From: Paraspadella gotoi
Lineage: Eukaryota; Animalia; Chaetognatha
Direction: 5' to 3'
DNA length: 64,000 bases
Assembly: GCA_051294375.1 (NCBI GenBank)
Contig: CM119266.1
Location: forward strand, 27,015,069 to 27,079,068
In this document: positions 39,687 to 52,431 of the stretch, piece by piece
Position numbering within the stretch: position 1 is the stretch's first letter
How the letters are laid out: the number at the start of each line of letters is the position of its first letter
Position numbers and translations under genes: made by a program
Notes under the pieces: model-generated
The model's input: only the letters and a program-made list of their open reading frames with translations
Databases searched by the model: none
What the model was told of the DNA's origin: nothing

Positions 39687-40874
39687 AATATCACACTAAT
39701 TCTCACCCAAAAGAACTTTGATGTTTCACAGCGCCAGTCGTTGTTAAAACTAGAACCTTTTCCGCAGAGCCAAAATTCAAAATTTGTCAACCACAATTTC
39801 ATTTGAAAATCCATCGCGGCTCAATGCTTCAAAATCACAAGTCACGATAATTTCTTCCAAAAAGCAAACGCACGAGCGACGCGAATGATATCTCTGCTTC
39901 CCCTACCCTTCCCCAACGCGGCCCCCACGTGCCAACGCCCTCCGTAATTCTCACAAATCACCGGCGCCGACTAATAATTTACCATATAACCCGCGTATAT
40001 CGGTCCCCGGGCGACCACCTTTTCTCGGGATTTCCTGCGAAACTTTTTTTTCTCTCGACTTCAGAGTCGAAATCTCGTTTTTTACCGAGAAAACGCGAAG
40101 GACGAACGGAGATGGCGTCATTGTCGATGGCCGTTAGCGTCGCGGCGATCGTCCTTAGCGTCGGGGCGACCGTAACCCGTCTTTCGGGCTCTCAACCTTT
40201 CTTTTACATCCCTCTTAATCGCCGTTACACTTCTCTCAATTGGCAACCAGATCAGACAATTTATCTTTATATATGTACAAGCTTTTACATTTTTTCCCTT
40301 TCGGCATTTTTTCTTTCTTTCCTTTTATTTTCATATTGTTTATCGTCACTTTTTACTCGTCACTTTTTACTCTTCCCTTCTTCCTTCCCGATTCTCAATC
40401 TTCCCTTCCTAACGCAAAATGGATCGATATTCTTACCTTTGCCTTATCCCTAACTCCCTCCCTCTATCATTTGATCGATGAGCGAGAGATTCCGCTTCGA
40501 CGACCTTACCTTCTTATCTTAACCGATTTTGCGATTACCTCACCCAACGTCAATAACTCATCTTCCCCGCCATAAACTTCATCCTCTTATTTACTCAGGC
40601 AGATGGCCGTCCTCTTCATAGAAAATTTTGCGTTGCCTCAAATCTCTAACGGTTCCCGCCAACAGTTTGCCATCAGTCTGGCTTTAGGTAAACGAATATG
40701 TTCAAATTGACAAACGACCGGTATTTTTTTATCAGTATGATTCTCCTGGGCGGATAATTCACTTTTAAACTATTTTTTTTTAAACCATCTTTGTAAAAAC
40801 TCCTTCAGCCACCTCGAAAATCAAGAGCCCTCGTCAAAATAACCCTTTATCCTCACTCAAATATCTTTACTCAC

Positions 40875-41553
40875 CCGTTTTGTGATCGATCGCCATCCGG
40901 TTCAGCGTCAGCGTCGAACCCGGAAGTCCGTCGAGGAGAGTCGGAAACGAACGCAGCACGGTTTTCGTCGCCGTCGACGAAGTCTGCGCCGACGCCGACG
41001 GAAGCCACGACGCCGACGACGAAGGCCACGCCCACGATCGCAGGTCGAAGGCGACGCCGCGTAACAACGCCGCCGCAAGGAGGACGACGAGAGGCGACGG
41101 CGTAGAACGGCGGCGTTGTCGGCGTCGGTCGTCGCGCGGCGGAGAGGGGGTGGCCGGCGTCGAAGGCGCGACGGAAGTGGAATGCGTGGAGAGAGACGAA
41201 GACTGGCACGAGGTGATGGCGGCGGCGCTGTGGGCGGCGCTTTTCGAGGGCAGGAAAATCGGGGAAAGGGTGCGCTCCTGTTGATGGGGGCGGTCGGCAA
41301 CGTCGCGAAGGGGCATGGGGAACGCGGCGACGCGCGAATCGGGCGGTGTATTGGTCGTCGTCGTCGTCGTCGTCGTCTCCGCGAGGCGCGAATTAGAAAA
41401 TCTAAATTCCGGGGAACCTTTTCGTCTTTTTCTGTGACGACGCCAATCGGTTTCTCTTCGGTTCCAACCGGCGTCTTTAGAACCGACGACGGCGTCTTTA
41501 TCAGCGTCGCCGGCGCCTTTTTCGTCGCTGCCTTTTCTCTCGCAAAGATCCAT
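40875..41553 (-). CDS. PlexA: Plexin (Plexin-A-like) coding exon 1: long N-terminal extension, signal peptide and first residues of the Sema domain
   Basis: Open GC/CpG-rich frame from ATG at 41553 in a good context (AACAATGG). It contains a hydrophobic segment LVVLLAAALLRGVAF and a plausible cleavage site (SASA-Q). It ends ...LTLNRMAIDHKTG, matching the plexin Sema start motif (N-hydrophobic-hydrophobic-D-x-x-TG), followed by a consensus donor G|GTGAGT at 40874. The true start codon is uncertain. Confidence 0.8.
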
Positions 41554-41877
41554 TGTTAATTTTTTTTTTTATTTGTTGGTTTTTTCCCTTTTTGTTATCT
41601 CTTCACAATTTTTTAAACGTATTTCACGTCATTTGTAATTTACTCGGAGTTTTTTTTTCTTTCCCGTCTCGACTTTTTTTTATCAAGAGACGCAATTTTT
41701 CTTCGTTTTTGGCTTCAAACGCCGGAAATTGACGCCGAGAGCCGAGAGTCGGCGACTTGGCGCCAGAAAAGAAAAAAAATATAAATTCGCTTCCAGGTTG
41801 TTTTTTTTTCGTGTGATTTTTTTGTTATTTTGCGCGTGTGTGAGGTTTTTTATTCTTGAAGAGGATTCCTACTAAAT
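41554..41877 (-). other. Probable 5' UTR portion of the first plexin coding exon
   Basis: A pyrimidine-rich acceptor TTTCTTTAATCCACAG| ends at 41878 on the minus strand, implying an upstream non-coding exon. Inference only. Confidence 0.35.
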
Positions 41878-43359
41878 CTGTGGATTAAAGAAATTTAACA
41901 TTTTTTAGGAGATTTCTGCGATTGGACAACGATTACAAAATGGATTGGACAACGATTGGACAACGATTACAAAATGAGCCCAGGTCGAAAGGGAAAAAAT
42001 GTTAGTTAAAGCACATTTGAAGAAAATATGAGGCGATCCCGGAATTTAATCGCTCTGGAGGCTTATGGGAAAGAAAATTTAAGACCGTAACAACAATGAT
42101 ATTTCATTTCAGATTTTTCATCAAGAGCTATAAATTTAAGCAAAAAACTACAAAGTCAGGGTTATATATTTAAGGACTTAAGAAAAATGGGAATTAAATT
42201 TTTCAATAATTATAAGGAGCTAATAAATAAATATAATGTTACTGATGTTAATCTATTTCAAAAAAGATTATACATGATAGTTCCTAATAAAAATGACAAG
42301 AAAAAATAACAAAAATAAACCACTAAGTATATTTATATAATAACATCAACAATATTATTTAAATAACTTATTTAATTTTTACTTATTTAACTCTCTGATT
42401 TAATTTATTTTTTAACTTTACAATTAACTTATTGTTAACTTTACATTAACATACCCTTAATTATTAACTTATTATTAAACTAATTATTTAACTATATATT
42501 TTTATTTACAAATTACAAATTATTACAAAACCTTAATAAAATTTCTCTAAAATTAATAATGCTGGGATGCCAGGGCTTTGGTCTGTTTCAGATAAACATT
42601 CAAGATATACCTTTAAAATATAAGATAAGCAACAATGAAGGATCACCATTTGGTGATGGCTCGCCTTATACCTGGATATTGGGATTAAAGAGCCGAAATC
42701 CATGAAGGTATAGGTTCCCAACTGATGACCTTCCCATTGTATAAACATAAAAGATAAAAATATTCAAAAAGAAATAATTAAAAAATAGGATAAAGAAAAA
42801 ATAAAATTTTCATTTAAGTATTTTAAAATTATATTCATGACATAAAGGTGCCCCTATAGACCTTTCCCCAGTATGTATCCCTATCAGAACATACAATTCT
42901 ACATGGTAGTCTTATCCCTATTGGTAAAAAAATCATATATAACGTTGGTCCCTCAAAAAATATCTATTCCCACCCCTTTCTGTTCAGCCTCTTAGATATT
43001 ATGATTTTTCATTAATGACTTTCTAACAGAAATGATGTGTGATATCTATTAGAAAACTAGGACAGATAGTAATCTAACCTTGTGTTGTATAGATGCTCCC
43101 TCTATTTCCAGAAGACAACACTGACTTCCCCTTCCCAAATTGTATTATTAGATAAATAAAACATTTTTTAAAGAGAAAGTAATATATGTTTGAATAAATA
43201 ATATAGATTAAATACTAATCCTTCATAAAAATATTAAAATATAAAATAGAAAATGAAAATAGTGAAACAAGTAATTTGCATTTTATTAAAGATTTCTAAG
43301 GATTTCTTTTAATTTTTTAAAAAATTTAATTATAATATTTTTTTTTCATTGCCTTTGAT

Positions 43360-43744
43360 AAATATTTACAAAATAACAGTTTTTATTTGTGATAACCACG
43401 ATCATTTAATAATTCGGACATGTTTTGGTTCTTGTTTTTTGAACCTTTATTAACCAGTTTAATAATTTTAATCCATGGTATATCCTTCTTTTCGTTGTTG
43501 TATGAGATTTACAAGGAAATTGAATTGTTACAACGATTTATTATTAATAACATGTCTGCAACTTATTAATAATAAAATCGTTGTAACAATTCAAATTTCC
43601 TTGTAAATAAATTTAATAAATATTTGGATACTAACTTTGACAGATAAAGAGAGAAGCAATTTTAACCTTGATATCTCTCACTCTCTCCGAATTATTAAAT
43701 GACCATTGTAATCAAAATAAAAACTCTGTTACTTTATAAATATT
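43360..43744. repeat. Nested inverted repeat (foldback)
   Basis: Inner arms 43507-43550 and 43563-43608 are nearly perfect (two 1-nt homopolymer indels, 12-nt loop). Outer arms ~43360-43418 and ~43686-43744 are imperfectly complementary. Confidence 0.8.
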
Positions 43745-43841
43745 ATTTTTATTTTTTATAAATTTATTAATATTTAATATTATTTTTGAAATATTAAATA
43801 TTGTATACTTAAGCCGAAACTTAATTTTAATTTAACTTTAA

Positions 43842-44016
43842 TTTACCCCTAACCCAAACTTACACCCTAATCTAAACTTACCCCTAACCCTAACTTACCC
43901 CTAACCTAACTTACCCCTAACCCTAACTTACCCTAACCCTAACTTACCCCTAACCCTAAACTTACCCTAACCCTACCCCCACCCTAACTTACCCCTAATC
44001 TAACTTACCCCTAACT
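43842..44016. repeat. Interstitial telomere-like tandem repeat, unit ~CTTACCCCTAACCCTAA (contains CCCTAA = TTAGGG)
   Basis: Directly visible array of about ten degenerate ~17-nt units. Confidence 0.85.
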
Positions 44017-45092
44017 TATTTTTAACCGTAATTTATTTTTCGAGTTAACTTACACTTATTATTAATTTATTCTTTACCATAATTTATTGTACCTTAATTT
44101 TTACTCAAATATATATTGGTTATACCAATTTCATATAACAAAAATAAAAAATATTAAAAAAATTATGATATCTGAATTCTATTATTTTTTTTCCCAAAAT
44201 GTTATCCTCTTCCGTTCCATTTCGTTCCTCTTCTTTTTTCTGTTAATTCTTTAAAAAAAAACCTTGCTCTTCGTTTTCCCATAGCCTCCAGAGGGATTGA
44301 TCTCCAGGAATGCCAAAAGAAAAATTAATCGCATCGAACAAAAAAAGAATTTTGGGATCGAAAAAGTCATGACGCACCGGACGTTGATGATCGAAAAACC
44401 GGGAGGCGGCGAAAAGCCTTTTTTTGTGTGTGACGTGAATGAAAGAAAAAAAAAGGTTTTTGAGTCTGTTTTTCCGGGCCGATCCCACCTGTGTGTGTGC
44501 GTGTGAATGCGTGAGTGTGTGTGGGAGAGAGCGATTAATTCAGAAAAACGCGCGCACACGTTTCGGCTTTGATTCGATCCTCGCTTCGTCGCGCACACAA
44601 AAAAATCGCACGCAAAGACAAACAAGAGTCAGATATTGAAGGAAAAAAAAAGTAAAAATTTCGCGAAGGAATTTGACGAAAGATTAAAATTGTTTAAGGG
44701 GAAGAAGGTTCGACGATTCGACAATCGACATATTTTCGTAGATTACGGCCTTTTTAAACCTTTAAATAAAAATTAATGGGCGGAAGAGTTTCAGCTCGCA
44801 CGCTGATAGGTCACGATTGCCATCCACTTTGAAATATTATTTTTGATTGCGATCGGAAATTATTCTTTTATTATTTTTTTTTAAGAACCGGCGAGTAATC
44901 GCGATCGTTTGTTTGGTTATTAACAATTTAACAAGGATCTATTTGAAGGCCTCTAGCGACTTTTGAGCTTTTTTATTGACAACTTTTTTTTTAATTTAGT
45001 TTTATCAGTCAGATTAATTAATTGACTTTTTGGTTAGAAGGGAGGGAGGGAGGGAGGAAGGGGNNNNNNNNNNNNNNNNNNNNNNNNNAGAG

Positions 45093-45149
<57 letters not shown>

Positions 45150-45151
<2 letters not shown>

Positions 45152-45332
45152 CAGAAACAGAGAGTAGTGCCCAGGTTAAACCCGTTTTGTGCACGTTCAC
45201 ACAAATTCACAGGGAAAAAAGCAATAATAAATAAATTTTCCGGACGAAGGAAATAAAATTTAGTTACGCTTTTTTCCACGAATTTTCGCGCGCGAAGATT
45301 TGAAAAATGGATTTTATGGAGAGAGAGAGAGA

Positions 45333-45375
<43 letters not shown>

Positions 45376-45591
45376 TTGAGCAAAAGACAAACATTGAAAA
45401 GTGAAGAACTTTGCAGGAAAAGGAACGGAGAGCGAGAGAGAATAAAATTCGAAAAAGAGAATGAGACACACTGAAATTGAGAGAGAGACGGGGAGAGAGT
45501 GAGGGAATTCCTTCTTGCTGCTGCCGCTTTGCTGGCGCAGCAGCCCGACGCTGTTGGATTTACAATGCCGTTGGAGAGAACGAGAGAGAGA

Positions 45592-45642
<51 letters not shown>

Positions 45643-45705
45643 AAAACAGATGCTGTTCAAACTTTGTTCGGGCCGGGCCTTTCCTTAGCCTTCCGTTCGT
45701 ATCAA

Positions 45706-45790
<85 letters not shown>

Positions 45791-46897
45791 GAGGGCGAGA
45801 ATCGAAGAGCTTCAGCGTCGACAGACAACAACAACAGGTTTTTTTTCTTTTCTGATTCAACTTGATCTTTTTTTTCTTCTTAAAGCAGAATTTCCGCATG
45901 AAGATGATGACGATTCGACGACGATGACGACGAAAAAAGGATGGCGCTAATGCTAACAATCACTGCGATGTTTCGATTTGTTGAAGAGGACAGAAACAGA
46001 GAGTAGTGCCCAGGTTAAACCCGTTTTGTGCCACGTTCACACAAATTCACAGGGAAAAAAGCAATAATAAATAAATTTTCCGGGACGAAGGAAATAAAAT
46101 TTAGTTACGCTTTTTTCCACGAATTTTCGCGCGCGAAGATTTGAAAAATGGATTTTATGGAGAGAGAGANNNNNNNNNNNNNNNNNNNNNNNNNNNNNNN
46201 NNNNNNNNNTGATGGGAGAGAGGAGAAGACGGAGAGAGAGAGAGAGAGAGATGGTTGAGCAAAAGACAAACATTGAAAAGTGAAGAACTTTGCAGGAAAA
46301 GGAACGAGAGCGAGAGAGAATAAAATTCGAAAAAGAGAATGAGACACACTGAAATTGAGAGAGAGACGGGAGAGAGGGAGGGGGATTTCATGGCTCTCGC
46401 TGGTTGAGAGAGAGACGGGGAGAGAGTGAGGGAATTCCTTCTTGCTGCTGCCGCTTTGCTGGCGCAGCAGCCCGACGCTGTTGATTTACATGCCGTTGGA
46501 GAGAACGAGAGAGAGNNNNNNNNNNNNNNNNNNNNNNNNNNNNNNNNNNNNNNNNNNNNNNNNNNNNNNNNNNNNNNNNNNNNNNNNNNNNNNNNNNNNN
46601 NNNNNNNNNNNNNNNNNNNNNNNNNNNNNNNNNNNNNNNNNNNNNNNNNNNNNNNNNNNNNNNNNNNNNNNNNNNNNNNNNNNNCTCTCTCTCTCTCATC
46701 GAGGGCGAGAATCGAAGAGCTTCAGCGTCGAACAGACAACAACAACAGGTTTTTTTTCTTTTCTGATTCAACTTGATCCAGTTTTTTTTCTTCTTAAAGC
46801 AGAATTTCCGCATGAAGATGATGACGATTCGACGACGATGACGACGAAAAAAGGATGGCGCTAATGCTAACAATCACTGCGATGTTTCGATTTTTGA
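45150..46897. repeat. Near-identical ~0.85 kb direct duplication (~45150-45985 / ~45990-46897) with internal gaps
   Basis: Both copies begin GACAGAAACAGAGAGTAGTGCCCAGG and end ...CACTGCGATGTTTCGATTT. They differ by small indels and by N-filled microsatellites. Confidence 0.9.
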
Positions 46898-47006
46898 AAG
46901 ATCTCACGTGAACAAAGAAAAAAAAAGGGGAATGATTCACTTCTTGTCTCTCATCTGGAAAACGAACCCGGGTTGCGGTTGACGTTGGGCGGATTATGAC
47001 CATGAT

Positions 47007-47009
47007 GAT

Positions 47010-47072
<63 letters not shown>
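47007..47072. repeat. (GAT)n microsatellite
   Basis: About 20 perfect GAT units. Confidence 0.97.
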
Positions 47073-47417
47073 CCACGACCCGATCAATAATTACAATAAC
47101 AGATGACGACGACGATTATCTGGAGCTAAACTGGATTGTCGGTACAGTTAAAACCCGAAGACTCGATTAACCAATTAAAGATCCGCGATTTCTATCGTCG
47201 TCGTCGTCGTCGTCGTTATTCTCTTGTTAAGAATTAAACGGTGGAAATTGATGTTGAGCTCGGGGCGTTGGGACCCGGAGAGGAAAAACCGGATGTTGTG
47301 TTCCTCAAAAGCTGTAGATTTTACGGGCCGAGTTTTATAACCTTGAATAAATATAATTACCACGTACTATTATTTTATACTTTTTTTTGAGAGAGGGGTC
47401 CGGGACTTAATGAGTGT

Positions 47418-47419
<2 letters not shown>

Positions 47420-47505
<86 letters not shown>
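47420..47505. repeat. Long (CT)n microsatellite, representative of dozens of (AG/CT)n tracts (e.g. 4648, 5532, 11541, 23227, 25557, 27050, 38735, 45600, 45706)
   Basis: Directly visible. Many N gaps begin or end in such tracts. Confidence 0.97.
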
Positions 47506-47509
<4 letters not shown>

Positions 47510-50061
47510 CCGTGCTTTTTTTTATCTTTTACGGGTTAAGAAAATACCATCAAATTACTCCGATTAAAATTAGTTCGAGAGGGCAAAATGTGAATGAAAG
47601 AGGAAGAGAGAAAGAGAGAGAGAGAGAGAAAGACAGAAAGAGAAATAGAAAAAGAGAGAGAGAGAGAAAAAAAAGGGATAGAGAGAGACACGGCTGCTTT
47701 TTATCTCATTTTTTTCGCTTTTAAAAACTAAATTTCGTTAAATGAGGTTGACGTCGCCGCGAGTAACGTAAAACGCGAAAAAAAGGTTTGGCCTCGTTAA
47801 TTAATAATTAAAACNNNNNNNNNNNNNNNNNNNNNNNNNNNNNNNNNNNNNNNNNNNNNNNNNNNNNNNNNNNNNNNNNNNNNNNNNNNNNNNNNNNNNN
47901 NNNNNNNNNNNNNNNNNNNNNNNNNNNNNNNNNNNNNNNNNNNNNNNNNNNNNNNNNNNNNNNNNNNNNNNNNNNNNNNNGGGGGGAGGAGGTTGTGAAA
48001 GAGGTTCACAGTTTGGAAGATAAGCGATAAGATCAGGAGCTCGGTTTTTGTTGATCGAAATTCGTTCGAAACGATACTTGGGTGGGGCTGAGTTTTTTTG
48101 GGGGAAAAGAGTTTGAAGCAAAAGTCATTATTCCGAAAAAAAAAATACGGGGAAGTAATTTGGAATTTGGGAAGAAGTAAGATCGATTGAGATTAAGGAA
48201 AAGTCATAATATATATTAGTTTGCATCAAGAAACATTCCAATATCTGCTTGGGAGTTCATGCGAAAAGAAAATTTAAAATGTTAACTTTTAAAAAGTAGT
48301 AGTTACGGACTGAAAATAAAGATTAAGTTTGAGTTCAGTTTAGTTAGGGGTAGCCGCACTCAATGGGGTGAGTCAAAAATNNNNNNNNNNNNNNNNNNNN
48401 NNNNNNNNNNNNNNNNNNNNNNNNNNNNNNNNNNNNNNNNNNNNNNNNNNNNNNNNNNNNNNNNNNNNNNNNNNNNNNNNNNNNNNNNNNNNNNNNNNNN
48501 NNNNNNNNNNNNNNNNNNNNNNNNNNNNNNNNNNNNNNNNNNNNNNNNNNNNNNNNNNNNNNNNNNNNNNNNNNNNNNNNNNNNNNNNNNNNNNNNNNNN
48601 NNNNNNNNNNNNNNNNNNNNNNNTTTAAATATTTTTACGATAAGTGTGTCAAAAATAAGAAAACTGTAAAAAATCATCATCATCATAATCTTTCGATGAT
48701 TTTATCAGTTTTTTTATATTTTCACTTNNNNNNNNNNNNNNNNNNNNNNNNNGCTCAATATAGTTAATTATATTTTAATAGGCGAGTACCCTGAGAGAAA
48801 AGCATTTTGACAAAAGAATATGCTTTGTTAAATACCAATAAACAAATCTATGGTATGATTGATTATCTAAACGCTGTATTACATTAGCATTAAATTTCAT
48901 CGGCTAGCTAGGTTTAGTTTTTGCTTTTTCAGTTTCCATTTAAAAATTCTTCTACGACGCCCACGAACGTAAAATACGGCCGCGGATGACGATAAATTCA
49001 GTGGGCCGTGGCGCCGTTGGGCCCGACGCCGGGCCGACGTTTTCCGGCCGTTTTTCGGACGGACGCAATAAATCTAGTGCGGCTTCCGCCCTTTATGCTT
49101 TTTCTGGCGAAGATCAACGAATTTGGTTTGAACACCGAGATTTCTTTTTTAACGAAAAAAAATTTTTGGGCCGTTTAGACTAGACGGAGGGAGGATAGAG
49201 AGAGAGGAAGAGAGAGAGAGAGAAGAGAGAGAGAGGAGAGAAGAAAAGAGAGGGAGGAAATTTCTGAACCAAAGTAGCTGCCTCAGTTTTTTCCTTCCAT
49301 CAACAAAATGTCTTTCTTCTTTTATTGAAAGTTCGACTTGTCCAAAAAAAAGTGTAGACTTTGGAGTGAGGAATTCCTCTCTCTCTCTCCTTATCTCTCT
49401 CATCTCTCTCTCTTCTCTTCTCTTCTCTCCTCTCTCTTCTCTTCTCCTCTCTCTCTCTTTGTCTCCTTCTCTTTTTCGGTCCGGATGACAGTTTTTGAGT
49501 ACCGCTTTCTAACCGCTAGTTTTAAACGGGGCTAATTAGTGATAATTAGTAGATTAGCATATCTAACGAAAAACGAGCGGCAATTGTTAAGAAAAATACC
49601 GGTATAAGTTAAGTATTAGTATAGTAGATTTTTGTGAAGGTTGAAATTTCCTGGATAGACTAGCACAACTGTCACCTTCAGCCATTGTTTTATATCTTGA
49701 GCTTTAAATTGTAAATCTTTCATTTCTTTTGCTGATTTTCTCGGACAAAATTATTATTTTTTAAATATTTACAATGAAGATCTAATTAAGTTATACAGAT
49801 AAATGTTATTTAATTTCACGGCGTGTCGAATAAAATGTTCGAAGTAATAATTAAAGCCGATTTTAAAAAATTAATTATTGCTGACTCGAGAAATCTAAAT
49901 CATTAACTATTGTATATATATCTTTTTAAATGTAATTTTTTCCCCTGACGACTTTTCACGCATCATTTCGAATGAGAAACTTTTTTTTTTGGACGTCGAA
50001 CAAAAATGTACAAAAAAACCTAATAATTTAAACTTTTCGAGGCAGCTGGGTGTAACTTAAC

Positions 50062-50286
50062 TTTTTAGTTGAGCCACGAGTACTCGCGGAGAAACTCTAT
50101 AAGTCACTTTTCTGTCTGTCTGACTGTCGGTCGGTCGGTCGGTCGGTCGGTCCGTCGGTCCGTCGGTCCGTCATTTGTTAAAAATCAAATCTAAGCCAAT
50201 CTTATAAACTATAAGGAATAAATGACATGATAAGTAAAAAGAAAAGTCATGCGGGGCAACACCTTGGAATAACCGTTCCTTGTTTT
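50062..50286 (+). mobile_element. DINE-1/Helentron-like non-autonomous element (HINE-type), copy B
   Basis: TTTTTAGTTGAGCC...AACTCTATAAGTCAC, a longer (TGTC)/(GGTC)/(CGTC) tract, and a 3' end GCAACACCTTGGAATAACCGTTCCTTGTTTT with a small hairpin (GGAAT...GTTCC). Homologous to copy A at both termini. Confidence 0.6.
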
Positions 50287-52431
50287 TTGAGCTCTCGATA
50301 TATTTCTGTGCCTTCTCGAAACATTACGCATCTATTTTTTTTAATTTTTGACAAAAGCTCCTGGGTTTTCGAAAAAANNNNNNNNNNNNNNNNNNNNNNN
50401 NNAAGCATTCCGCCCGCAACCGACTTCTCAACGTTCCTCCCTCCACTCGTCTTTCGAGGGCACCATTGCCCTTTTCGAGGCGTTCTTTTCCGCCCTCTGC
50501 TATTTTTTTTCAAGAGTCACAACCAAAAACAAATATATAATACCTATTCGTTAGTATTAAAATCAAAATGCATTCTTTTCGTTTTTTTAAAAGATCATCG
50601 TTATTCGCACGCCTCTCACATAAATTGAACTTATCACAAAATAAATGAATAACATTATGAATAAGAGGTTTTGTCAATAAGCCTCGTAATATATATGTGC
50701 CAAGAGTTGGTTTTACAATGATTGCGATTTATAAAAAAATCAAGCAATAAAAATATAATTATATAACATTATAGTTTATATTTTAAGTCTAATATATTAT
50801 AACTTTTAACTATCAAGTTTAAAATTTCCATTTGCACCAATCTTTATCGTCATATTCAATCGTAAATTACGCACGCAATCAGGAACTCAGAAGATGGGAC
50901 GGACATTCGAACGTCAACCTCACCACTGTCCGACCGACAAATCCGTTCCGCTCGTCGGACGCGAGACGCTCGCATCCTCCCTCGCTCCATGACGCAGTCG
51001 ATTCCCCTGGACAACGAAATGCTGAGGCGCGCCCCCAATCACCTTCGAGGACACCGATATTCCCACCGAGGCCAATCCTTTATGCAAAGCCCAATGTCAA
51101 ACATTAATATTTACAATCGCTTCAAACGTCAGAGATTGTCAACGTTTCAACAAAAGAAACGAAATAGTTTCTTTACATAAGTGAGTGACATTTAAATAGA
51201 GACTATAATTAATGGAATTTAGGAAAAAGTAAAACCACCTCGTTTTTATTAAAGAAGGAATACTTGTTTAAAATAACCAAAAAATCACGACACAAACTTT
51301 CAAGTTTGATAATCATATAAAAATAACATAAAAAAGGATGAAAAGAATAATAAACCGTCATTTATAAAAAGAAAATTAATAAAAACTATATCACAGCCTC
51401 GCACTTTTCGTTCTTGTGAGAAAGTCAATCTCCGGTCGCGCCCTCTTGCATTCTTCACGCTCCTGTCTCTCATAAAAAGGATACAAGTGGCCGCCCAGCC
51501 CCCCCTTTAGTTGGTTGCTCCACCTCGCTTTCCTCCCCCCTGTCATTTCTGCCTCATCCTCCTTTTTTTTTACCTGTCACTCCCCCCCTCCTCTGGTCCG
51601 TCCCTCTGTCTCGGATCCTTAAATCTCAGTCTCGTTATCATATACGTTGCAAATCACCTTCCATTTTGTGCGTACTAACAGAAAATTAATCGAATGTAAC
51701 TTTTTCGCTCATCGCCAGTCCCTTGACTCTCTCTCTCTCTCCTCTTCTCTCTCTTCCTCTCTCTCCTCTCTCTCTTCTCTTCTTCTCTCCTTTTATTCGA
51801 AAAAAAATAAAAGGACCTTTCCCCCTTCAGCTCCCCCCATCGCGGCCTGCACAATTCCCCTCTTCTACTCCTCCCATTCTTTTTTTATAACCCTACCTCT
51901 CCCACGCACTCAAAATCACCCGCATGTCGCTCACCACGAAGCAAGGAACGAGATTAAAATTCCTATCGAACTCTTGCTTACCACATGCTAATTGAGTCTC
52001 CGTATCACTTTCAAGGAAGGTCGCGATCTTCTTCCGTAAAATACCTACCAAATCCCAGTGAATTGGTCCTTTTATATTTATATTTATCAAAACATACCAA
52101 AAATTTCCAGAGAAAAACACGCAAAAAAAAAAAAAATGGAAACAAACATATAAATTCATAGTCCTTGATCCCCTGAGAAGGGTTTTCCGTGCTATATCTG
52201 CCTGTCTGATTGAGGCCCTTCTTGGAAGTCGGATGTGATCAGTGATTTGCGAATCTGTGAGAGAGCATGTATTCTGCCGAAGGTCATTCGTTTGCCACCT
52301 CTTGCCATCCGGAGTTGCCGGATTATTACAATTAATTTTTTTTTTCGGAGACGAATTTTCTTTAAACAAGATTTATTTTAAACGATCTAAAAAAACAAAC
52401 AAACGACAACGACAACGACGAAACGACAACA

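Noticed and set aside
43842-44016. True chromosome end
   Set aside because: The tract is short, degenerate, compound and flanked by unique sequence on both sides.
45150-46897. Tandem duplication as a real segmental duplication
   Set aside because: Near identity with only small indels, and adjacency to gaps, point to redundant assembly. No coding content.
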